DNA from: Gammaproteobacteria bacterium
Lineage (GTDB): Bacteria > Pseudomonadota > Gammaproteobacteria > Natronospirales > DASSBR01
Length of the DNA stretch: 64,000 bases
Direction of reading: 5' to 3'
Assembly (NCBI GenBank): GCA_035698525.1
Contig: DASSBR010000031.1
Location: 4,490 to 68,489 of the forward strand
The notes under the pieces are model-generated. The model saw only the letters and a program-made list of their open reading frames with translations, had not been told where the DNA came from and searched no databases. Shown piece by piece: positions 54,521 to 64,000 of this stretch; position 1 is the stretch's first letter, and the number at the start of each line of letters is the position of its first letter. The translations under genes were made by a program, and so were the position numbers.

Positions 54521-56416
54521 TTATGCCAGCCTATGGCCTGCATCTGCTCGTCCCTGAGTTTTAAGTGCTCTCGCCAATTCGAGCATTCGTGGATCCGACA
54601 GTGCGGAATCAATGGTGGTATGCATTCGCTGCCGCCAATTCGGATATTCGTCTGTCGTTCCGGGTAAGTTGAGTTGCTCGCGCTGACCCAGTACGTCTTC
54701 AAGCTGCACCATCAGCAGGCGCGACGGCGCCTGGGCGAGATAGCGGTAGATCGCCATCACGGGTGGCTCTTCCGGCATGGTGGCCTCATCCACCAACTGC
54801 GTGTCGTGCAGTGCTTTCATCAGTGCTTGACGATCGCGTTCCCGTTCGGCGCAGGCTTGGTTGCGCTTTTCCTTGCTCGGCCATAAATCGAGCCTGTCTC
54901 GCAGGGCAATGTCGTCGCTGTGCCACCAGCCTGGCAGCGTCGGTAAGTCGTGGGTGCCGACGGCAGCAAGTGCCTCGGCAGGATAATCGCGGGGCGCACG
55001 AAAGCTGCCGTCATCGCGCTCGAAGTACAGCAGCCGGTACGACAGGATGCCGTTCTCCATCATCGCTTCCCGCAAACCCTCGGGCACTGTGCCCAGATCC
55101 TCGCCAATGACGAGACACCGGCTGCGCCGGCTTTGTGCCGCGAGCACGGCCAGCAGGTCGCGCCATGGATAACGCACATAAGCGCCTTCCTTTGCTGACA
55201 TGCCTGCCGGTATCCAGTAGAGCCGTACGAGACCGAGGATGTGGTCGATGCGGATGGCGCCGGCGTGGCGCATGTTGGCTTCGAGCAGTTCGATGAATGG
55301 CGCATAGGCTTGCGCCTGCCATGCCAGCGGGTCGGGCGGCGGCAGGCCCCAGTCCTGCCCTTGCAGGTTGAGCTGGTCCGGCGGCGCGCCGACGCTTGCG
55401 CCCTGCACTGTCGCTTTCTGATGGCCCCACGCTTCGGCGCCGGTCGGGTCGGCGCCGACCGCGAGGTCGGTGTACAGGCCGACGCTCATGCCGCTTTCAC
55501 GCGCGAGTTCGGCGGCGGCGCGCAGTTGCCAGTCCGCCTGCCATTGCAGGTATTCGTGAAACTCGACGCGCTCGATGTGGCGCTCGACGAATACCGCAAC
55601 GGTGTCGCTCTCCGGATCGCACCATTCGTGTGGCCAGTCGCGCCATGCCGCCGTATCGGTTTGTTCGGCGAGCGCATGAAACGTGGCGAACCGAAGCAGG
55701 GCGTCGCCGCGCCGGGTCTGAAACTCGCGGAACGCGCGATGGCGCGGATGCGATGCGTCGGCGCAGGCCTTTCGGAAGTAGCCGTAGAGTTCTTCGAGGA
55801 TGGCGAACTTCAATTCGGCGACGCCGCGATAATCGACCAGCGGTGGGTCGCGCAGTTCGCGCAAGCGCGCCTGAAAGACCGGCGAGTTCACCTTGCGGTG
55901 CGTCGCTGCACAATCGGTGAATTCGGGCACGGCCTCCACGTCCACGTACAGCGGGTTCAAAAACAGCCGGCTGCTGGGCGAATAGGGGCTGATGTGGCCG
56001 GGTCGGCTCGGAAATAATGCGTGCAGCGGGTTGAGACCGACGGCAGCGGCACCCAGTTCGGCAGCGCCTTTGACCAGTTCGGCGAGGTCGGTGAAGTCGC
56101 CGATGCCCCAGTTGCGCGGTGAGCGCAGCCCGTAAAGCGGCACCTGGATGCCCCAGCGCCGGCCGTTGCCTCGCAGTGCATCGGGCCGCCAGGCGGGCGC
56201 GGCCGGTATATCCAGCGGCGGCGTCTGCCGCTCGCTCGCCTGCAGCTTGTCGAGCGATGCGCGTATCTGAGTCTCGTCGTCGGCGGGCAAGCCGACGATT
56301 TTGAGCACAGCGCGCTGCGTGTCCGGCCTTGTCTCGTGCCGGTTGCCCCAGGTGTCGGTATAACCGGGTTCGATGCCGGCAGCGTCGGCGAGCTGCTTGA
56401 GCAGCGTGTCGATCAT
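54521..56416 (-). CDS. malQ: 4-alpha-glucanotransferase (amylomaltase)
   Basis: GH77 motifs (IRIDHILGL, VIGEDLGTVPEG). The start MIDTLLKQL (ATG 56416) overlaps the treZ stop as ATGA. Confidence 0.93.
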   Translation of the reverse strand: MIDTLLKQLADAAGIEPGYTDTWGNRHETRPDTQRAVLKIVGLPADDETQIRASLDKLQASERQTPPLDIPAAPAWRPDALRGNGRRWGIQVPLYGLRSPRNWGIGDFTDLAELVKGAAELGAAAVGLNPLHALFPSRPGHISPYSPSSRLFLNPLYVDVEAVPEFTDCAATHRKVNSPVFQARLRELRDPPLVDYRGVAELKFAILEELYGYFRKACADASHPRHRAFREFQTRRGDALLRFATFHALAEQTDTAAWRDWPHEWCDPESDTVAVFVERHIERVEFHEYLQWQADWQLRAAAELARESGMSVGLYTDLAVGADPTGAEAWGHQKATVQGASVGAPPDQLNLQGQDWGLPPPDPLAWQAQAYAPFIELLEANMRHAGAIRIDHILGLVRLYWIPAGMSAKEGAYVRYPWRDLLAVLAAQSRRSRCLVIGEDLGTVPEGLREAMMENGILSYRLLYFERDDGSFRAPRDYPAEALAAVGTHDLPTLPGWWHSDDIALRDRLDLWPSKEKRNQACAERERDRQALMKALHDTQLVDEATMPEEPPVMAIYRYLAQAPSRLLMVQLEDVLGQREQLNLPGTTDEYPNWRQRMHTTIDSALSDPRMLELARALKTQGRADAGHRLA

Positions 56417-58203
56417 GGCGCACAGGTCCAGATTACCGCCCACGGAGGCAGCACAGTGGTTGTGGCCTTCTTCGGATGCACGAACAACGTGTTGCCGGGC
56501 AGGTCCCAGTCCAGCCCATCGACTGCATCGGGACTCAGGTTCGCAGCGAGGTACAGACGCGTGCCATCGGCCAGCGTCCATTCGACCCGCAATGCGCGTC
56601 CCTTGATTTCAAAGCGCCTGCCGGTTGCATCCAGGTGCGGCGCGATCTCGCGACGGCGGATGTCGAGCAACTTGCTGACGAATTCGAGCCGCCGCTGACC
56701 CGCGAGGCGCTCAGCGGCCAGCCAGTCGATGCATGAAGCAACGAAGGTGGCTTCGGCATTCGGATCGGGAATGCGCTCGCGCGCTTCGGGATCGGCAAAT
56801 TCGGCGAAGCGGGAAAATTCCCGGCGGCGACCTTCGCGGACGGCGTCGGCCAGGTCGCCTTCGTAATCGCAGAAATAATAGAACGGCTGCGGCGCACCCC
56901 ACTCCTCGCCCATGAACAGCAGTGGCGCCTGCGGCGCGAGCAGCAGGATGGCGGTCAGCGCTTCGACCGCTTCGGCGTCAGCCAATGCGTTCAGCCGCTC
57001 GCCGAAGGCGCGGTTGCCGATCTGATCGTGATTCTGGACGAAGTTGACGAACGCGCCGCTCGGCAATTGTGCGCTGGACTCGCCGCGGTTCCGGTCACGG
57101 TATTGCGAATGTTCGCCCTGATAGATGAAACCTTCGGTGAGCGCGCGGCCGAACGCTTCGAGCGGCGTTGCCGCATAGTCGATGTAGTAGCCGCTGTGTT
57201 CGGCCGTGGCGATGACGTGGGCAGCATGATGAAAGTCGTCGTTCCACTGGGCAGTGAATTGCGCAGGTCGTGCCGAAGAATTCCGCTCCAGGTAATGTGC
57301 GGCGTTGTCGTCATTCTCCAGCACAAGGTGTATATGGCGGTCCGGGATCTCTGCACGCACCGTTTGCGCAAGCTCCGTCAGAAAATGCGTCTCGCTCGGA
57401 TCGTGTATTTGATCCACCGCGTCAAAGCGCAGTCCATCGAAGCGGTATTCTTCAAACCAGTACAATGCGTTGTGGATAAAAAACTGCCGCACCCCGGGGC
57501 GCGCAAAATCGATCGCATCGCCCCACGGGGTGTGGAAGTGGTCGGTAAAGAAATCCGGAGCGTACTGCGCGAGGTAATTGCCGCTCGGGCCAAAGTGGTT
57601 ATAGACCACGTCCAGAAACATCATCAACCCGCGCTCGTGCGCCGCGTCGATCAGTTGCTTGAGTGCGCCCGGCGAGCCATAGCTCGAATCGGGCGCGAAC
57701 GGGAGCACGCCGTCGTAACCCCAGTTGCGCCGTCCTGAGAAATCCGACAACGGCATCAGTTCAACGGCGGTCACGCCGATGTCGGCGAGGTAGTCGAGCT
57801 TGCGGCGCACGCTGTCGTAGTCGCCGGAGCGGGTGAAAGCGCCGACATGGGTTTCATACAGCACGGCCTCTTGCCAGGGCCGCCCGCGCCAGTCCGTTTG
57901 CCGCCATTCGTGCGCGCGCGGATCGACGACCTGGCTCGCACCATGCACATCATCCGGCTGAAAACGAGACGCCGGGTCCGGGACGTGCATGTCGTTCGCG
58001 AGTCGATAGCAGTAGCGACTGCCGGCGCGCGCCGCACCGGTTGTCAGTTCAAACCAGCCGTCGCTCGTGCGGGACATCGGCAGCGACTGCCCGTCCAATA
58101 TCAGCGTGAGCACGTCCTGTGCCGGCGCCCGGATGCGAAAACGGACATTCCCGTTCTGGACCTGCGCGCCGTACGGCATTTCGTGTGAATAGCTTGCTGT
58201 CAT
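56413..58203 (-). CDS. treZ: Malto-oligosyltrehalose trehalohydrolase
   Basis: GH13 motifs (MFLDVVYNHFGPSGNY, GLRFDAVDQI). Start at MTASYSHEMPYGAQ (ATG 58203). The upstream 138 codons of the track ORF are R/A-rich and non-coding-like. Confidence 0.93.
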   Translation of the reverse strand: MTASYSHEMPYGAQVQNGNVRFRIRAPAQDVLTLILDGQSLPMSRTSDGWFELTTGAARAGSRYCYRLANDMHVPDPASRFQPDDVHGASQVVDPRAHEWRQTDWRGRPWQEAVLYETHVGAFTRSGDYDSVRRKLDYLADIGVTAVELMPLSDFSGRRNWGYDGVLPFAPDSSYGSPGALKQLIDAAHERGLMMFLDVVYNHFGPSGNYLAQYAPDFFTDHFHTPWGDAIDFARPGVRQFFIHNALYWFEEYRFDGLRFDAVDQIHDPSETHFLTELAQTVRAEIPDRHIHLVLENDDNAAHYLERNSSARPAQFTAQWNDDFHHAAHVIATAEHSGYYIDYAATPLEAFGRALTEGFIYQGEHSQYRDRNRGESSAQLPSGAFVNFVQNHDQIGNRAFGERLNALADAEAVEALTAILLLAPQAPLLFMGEEWGAPQPFYYFCDYEGDLADAVREGRRREFSRFAEFADPEARERIPDPNAEATFVASCIDWLAAERLAGQRRLEFVSKLLDIRRREIAPHLDATGRRFEIKGRALRVEWTLADGTRLYLAANLSPDAVDGLDWDLPGNTLFVHPKKATTTVLPPWAVIWTCAP

Positions 58204-58238
58204 TCCTTTGCCAGCCGATGATCTGAGTGGAAGAGTAC

Positions 58239-60365
<2,127 letters not shown>

Positions 60366-60369
60366 GAGA

Positions 60370-62571
60370 TCAGACGTCCGGAACGTACTCGAAAATGACG
60401 GTGGCAAGTGGCGGCAAGGTCAGCGTTATTGAATTCTGGCGGCCGTGCGCGCCGATTTCCGCGGTATGTACGCCGCCCTGGTTGCCGACATCGCTGCCGC
60501 CGTAATGGCTGGAATCCGTATTGAACCGCTCGTGCCAGAAGCCTGCCCGCGGCACGCCGAGGCGATAATCGTAGCGCGGCACGGGAGTGAAATTGCTCAC
60601 CACTACCGCCGGACAGTCGCGGCCGCGGTCGTAGCGCGCGAATGCAAGCACGCTGTTGTTGCCGTCGTTGGCTTCGAGCCACTCGAAGCCGTCCGCTTCG
60701 CAGTCGCGTTCGTGCAGCGCCGGCAACTCGCGGTAGAGCCGATTCAGGTCGCGCACCAGGTTCTGAATGCCCTGGTGCACGGGATCGTTGAGCAGGTGCC
60801 AGTCGAGACTCGCGTCGTGGTTCCACTCGCGCGCCTGCGCGAACTCGCCGCCCATGAACAGCAGCTTCTTGCCGGGGTGACCGAACATGAAGCCGTAGTA
60901 CGCGCGCAGATTGGCGAACCGTTGCCAGCGATCGCCCGGCATTTTGCCGATCAGCGAACCCTTGCCGTGCACGACCTCGTCGTGCGACAGCGGCAGGATG
61001 AAGTTTTCGCTGAACGCATACAGCAGGCCGAAAGTCAGCTTGTCGTGATGCCAGCGTCGGTGGACCGGATCCTCGTGCATGTAAGCCAGCGTGTCGTGCA
61101 TCCAGCCCATGTTCCACTTGTAACCGAAGCCGAGCCCGCCCAGGTAGGTCGGTCGCGACACACCCGGCCACGCGGTCGACTCTTCGGCGACAGTCGTCGC
61201 GCCCGGGCACTGGGCGAAGGCGTGTTCGTTCATCTGTTTTAAAAAGTCGATTGCTTCCAGGTTCTCCCGCCCGCCGAAGCGGTTCGGCAGCCATTCGCCG
61301 GGCTCTCGGCTGTAGTCCAGGTACAGCATCGACGCGACCGCATCCACTCGCAGGCCGTCGATGTGAAATCGCTCCAGCCAGAACAGTGCGTTGCCGAGCA
61401 GGTAGTTCAGCACTTCGCGGCGGCCGTAGTTGAAAATCAGCGTGTTCCAGTCCTGGTGGAAGCCCAGCCGCGGGTCGGCGTGCTCGTACAGGTGGGTGCC
61501 GTCGAACAGGCCGAGGCCGTGCGGGTCGGTCGGAAAGTGGCCAGGCACCCAGTCGAGCATGACGCCGATGCCTTCCCGGTGGCAGTGATCGACGAAGTAC
61601 GCGAAATCCTCCGGTGTGCCGAAGCGGCTGGTGGGTGCGTACAACCCGATCGGTTGATAGCCCCACGAGCCGTCGAACGGGTACTCGCTGATCGGCATCA
61701 GTTCGATGTGCGTGAAGCCCATGTCCTTGACGTAGGGCACGAGTGTGTCGGCGAGTTCCCGGTAGCTCAAATATCGATTCCCGTCGGCGCGCCGCCACGA
61801 GCCCAAATGAACTTCATAAATCGAAATCGGTGCGTGGCGCGATTGTGCCGCGGCGCGCGCCGCGATCCAGGCATCGTCTTTCCAGACCAGATCGGCAAGC
61901 GGCTGCACGATGGATGCCGTGCGCGGCGGGTGCTCGGCGTAAAAGCCGTACGGGTCGGCCTTGAGCGGCAGCAGCGCGCCGTCGCGGCTCTTGATTTCGT
62001 ATTTGTAGACTGCGCCCGGCCCAACGTGCGGCACGAACAATTCCCAGACGCCGCATTCGTGGCGCCGGCGCATCGGCAAGCGGCGGCCGTCCCAGTTGCA
62101 GAAGTCCCCGACAACGCTGACGCGGCGCGCGTTTGGCGCCCAGACCGCAAAGGCGGTGCCGGCCACGCCGTCCATTTCGGCGGGATGCGCGCCGAGGCGC
62201 TCGAAGTTGCGCAAATGCCGGCCCTCGGCGAGCAGGTGCACATCGAGTTCACCCAGCACTTCGCCGAAGCGGTACACGTCCTCGCAATCGAATTCGCTGC
62301 CGGGCACTTTTGCGTACAGGCGGTAACGCGCCGGTTTGGAGAGCGTCGCTTCCCACAGCCCTGCGGGATGGATGCGCTTGCAGTCGGCGAGCCTGCCGCC
62401 GCGTGGGCCAATCAGGCTGAGCTCCGTGGCGTCGGGCAGGAAAACGCGAATCGTTATGCGGCCATTGGGGGTTTCGTGCGGGCCGAGCAGCGCGAATGGA
62501 TCGCCGTGGTCGCCGGTGACCAGCGCTTCGATGTCGGGGTTGGTGACGTTCCTATCCATCGGCATGCGCAT
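60370..62571 (-). CDS. glgB: 1,4-alpha-glucan branching enzyme
   Basis: GH13_9 motifs ([26 protein letters not shown]). Three in-frame ATGs (62571, 62565, 62559) precede [28 protein letters not shown], so the exact start is uncertain. Each overlaps the upstream stop at 62552-62554. Confidence 0.93.
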   Translation of the reverse strand: MRMPMDRNVTNPDIEALVTGDHGDPFALLGPHETPNGRITIRVFLPDATELSLIGPRGGRLADCKRIHPAGLWEATLSKPARYRLYAKVPGSEFDCEDVYRFGEVLGELDVHLLAEGRHLRNFERLGAHPAEMDGVAGTAFAVWAPNARRVSVVGDFCNWDGRRLPMRRRHECGVWELFVPHVGPGAVYKYEIKSRDGALLPLKADPYGFYAEHPPRTASIVQPLADLVWKDDAWIAARAAAQSRHAPISIYEVHLGSWRRADGNRYLSYRELADTLVPYVKDMGFTHIELMPISEYPFDGSWGYQPIGLYAPTSRFGTPEDFAYFVDHCHREGIGVMLDWVPGHFPTDPHGLGLFDGTHLYEHADPRLGFHQDWNTLIFNYGRREVLNYLLGNALFWLERFHIDGLRVDAVASMLYLDYSREPGEWLPNRFGGRENLEAIDFLKQMNEHAFAQCPGATTVAEESTAWPGVSRPTYLGGLGFGYKWNMGWMHDTLAYMHEDPVHRRWHHDKLTFGLLYAFSENFILPLSHDEVVHGKGSLIGKMPGDRWQRFANLRAYYGFMFGHPGKKLLFMGGEFAQAREWNHDASLDWHLLNDPVHQGIQNLVRDLNRLYRELPALHERDCEADGFEWLEANDGNNSVLAFARYDRGRDCPAVVVSNFTPVPRYDYRLGVPRAGFWHERFNTDSSHYGGSDVGNQGGVHTAEIGAHGRQNSITLTLPPLATVIFEYVPDV

Positions 62572-64000
62572 CCAGTATGGCCATGACCCCGCGCACCGGA
62601 ATCGGCAGCCAGTCGGGACGGTTATTGGCTTCGTACACAATCTCGTAGCACGCCTTTTCGAGCGTGAACAAATCCAGCCAACGGCGCGCGGCAGCCGCGT
62701 CGTCGGGCCAGCTTGGTGCGCCAAGAATGGCTTCGTGATAGGCGGTTAAAAATGCTTGCGCGGCGGCATCGCGCCAATCGCGGGCAAAACCCACCACCGC
62801 CTCGCCCGGCGGCGTCGTATCGCGGTCCAGCTGCCCGAGGGCAGTCCAGGCAGCGTAGTCGAACGAGCGCAGCATGCCGGCGACATCGCGCAGCGGCGAG
62901 TATTTGCCGCGCCGCTCGGCGAGGGTCTTCGCCGGTTCGCCTTCGAAGTCGAGAATCACCCAGTCGTTTTGCGCGATGAGCACCTGGCCAAGATGGTAGT
63001 CGCCGTGGATGCGCGTTTTCGCGGCGCCGTAGCTGCCTTCGCTGAGCGCATCGATCGTCTCCATGCATTCGGCCTTGCGCGCGGCCAGCTCGTCGATGGT
63101 CGTGCGGCCCGCCGCGGGCAGGCTGGTGCGGATGCGCCGCAGCATCGTGAACGCCTGCCGCGCCTGCTTGCGTGCGGTGGTCCGCCAGGCCCGCGTATCG
63201 GCGGCGCGTACCGGTTCGGGATCGAAGGCGGGATCGCCGGTCTCCGTCGCCAGTGCATGATGCAGCTCCGCCGTGCGGCGGCCGAGCGTGGCGATGAGGT
63301 CGATGAAAAAATCGTGCAGCGGCGGCGCTTCGTTGTCGTCATCGCCGGGCACCACCAGCGCACGCTCTTCGAGGCGCCGCTCCAGATGCTCTACAGTCTC
63401 GCGAAATCCGTCGCCCTGATTTTCGACGAACCCCTGCAATATCGCGAGCACGGTCGACGTGCCGTCGGCATCGATATGCTCGACCGCGCCCAGCAGCGGC
63501 GGCGTGTTGTCGAAGCCGACACGCGTCAGGAAGCGGCCGACTTCGACTTCCGGATGCACGCCCGGCGTCAGCTTGCGGTACAACTTTAGGATCGTCGTCC
63601 CGCCGATCATGATCGACGAGTTGCTTTGATCGACGCTCAGCCGCCGGACCTCGGCATCCGGCGCAAGCTCGATCGCCATCAGCCGCTCGGTCGACTCGCA
63701 CACCAGCCGGCCCGGATCCATGGCCATTTCGCGCCGATCGCGAATCGCTGCGGCGAGCGCGCGCACGAAACCGTCCGCCGCCGCGGCATCCAGCAGTGCC
63801 CACAGTCGCTGTCCGCGGCGCAGGCGCGCGAGTGTGTACGGCAGCTGCGCGTGTGTCGCGCCGTCGGATTCTTCGCTCGCCAGCGCGAGCGGCAGGAAAT
63901 AGCGCTGCTTGCCGCCCCCGGCCAGGCTGACCACCACCTCGGACAGCAGCGCGTTGTCGCCAAGCCCGGTGCAGGCGACTACCGCCGTGCTGCTAATGCG
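62552..64000 (-). CDS. pep2: Maltokinase (Pep2) domain protein, probably the C-terminal half of a TreS-Pep2 fusion; the 5' end lies outside the window
   Basis: Aminoglycoside-phosphotransferase-like maltokinase pattern ([19 protein letters not shown]..., [13 protein letters not shown]..., [24 protein letters not shown]). The frame stays open from the track's GTG (63937) to position 64000, so the gene continues upstream. Confidence 0.85.
   Translation of the reverse strand, partial: RISSTAVVACTGLGDNALLSEVVVSLAGGGKQRYFLPLALASEESDGATHAQLPYTLARLRRGQRLWALLDAAAADGFVRALAAAIRDRREMAMDPGRLVCESTERLMAIELAPDAEVRRLSVDQSNSSIMIGGTTILKLYRKLTPGVHPEVEVGRFLTRVGFDNTPPLLGAVEHIDADGTSTVLAILQGFVENQGDGFRETVEHLERRLEERALVVPGDDDNEAPPLHDFFIDLIATLGRRTAELHHALATETGDPAFDPEPVRAADTRAWRTTARKQARQAFTMLRRIRTSLPAAGRTTIDELAARKAECMETIDALSEGSYGAAKTRIHGDYHLGQVLIAQNDWVILDFEGEPAKTLAERRGKYSPLRDVAGMLRSFDYAAWTALGQLDRDTTPPGEAVVGFARDWRDAAAQAFLTAYHEAILGAPSWPDDAAAARRWLDLFTLEKACYEIVYEANNRPDWLPIPVRGVMAILDAHADG

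Overview
This 64-kb segment looks like high-GC gammaproteobacterial chromosome. Supporting gene orders are rhlB/trxA-rho, lnt-corC-ybeY-phoH-miaB and leuS-lptE. About 52 protein genes can be supported, and most are housekeeping. Three blocks are visibly AT-richer and look accessory: an orphan licD fused onto the end of purD (17.0-17.8 kb), a general-stress and oxidoreductase region (24.2-36.2 kb), and seven small co-directional enzyme genes (40.2-43.5 kb). The right third (48.6-64 kb, minus strand) is one long tightly packed array: pep2(treS)-glgB-glgX-treZ-malQ-treY followed by DMT, PhoD-like and arfB genes. I found no tRNA or rRNA genes, CRISPR arrays, transposases, integrases or recognisable defence or toxin systems. 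I cannot point to a convincing new multi-gene system. The most unusual signal is a repeat seen twice, about 40 kb apart (13.9 kb and 54.4 kb). It has a 59-nt core that is 56/59 identical, enclosed by long inverted-repeat arms that differ in sequence between the copies but stay complementary within each copy. The two copies sit in opposite orientation relative to local transcription. Other candidates are a membrane-associated 2-hydroxy/2-oxo-acid oxidation module (PoxB-like, enolase-superfamily, YdiJ-like and SDR proteins) and a signal-peptide-less PhoD-like phosphatase appended to the alpha-glucan operon. All functional calls come from reading the translated sequences and motifs; no database searches were run.
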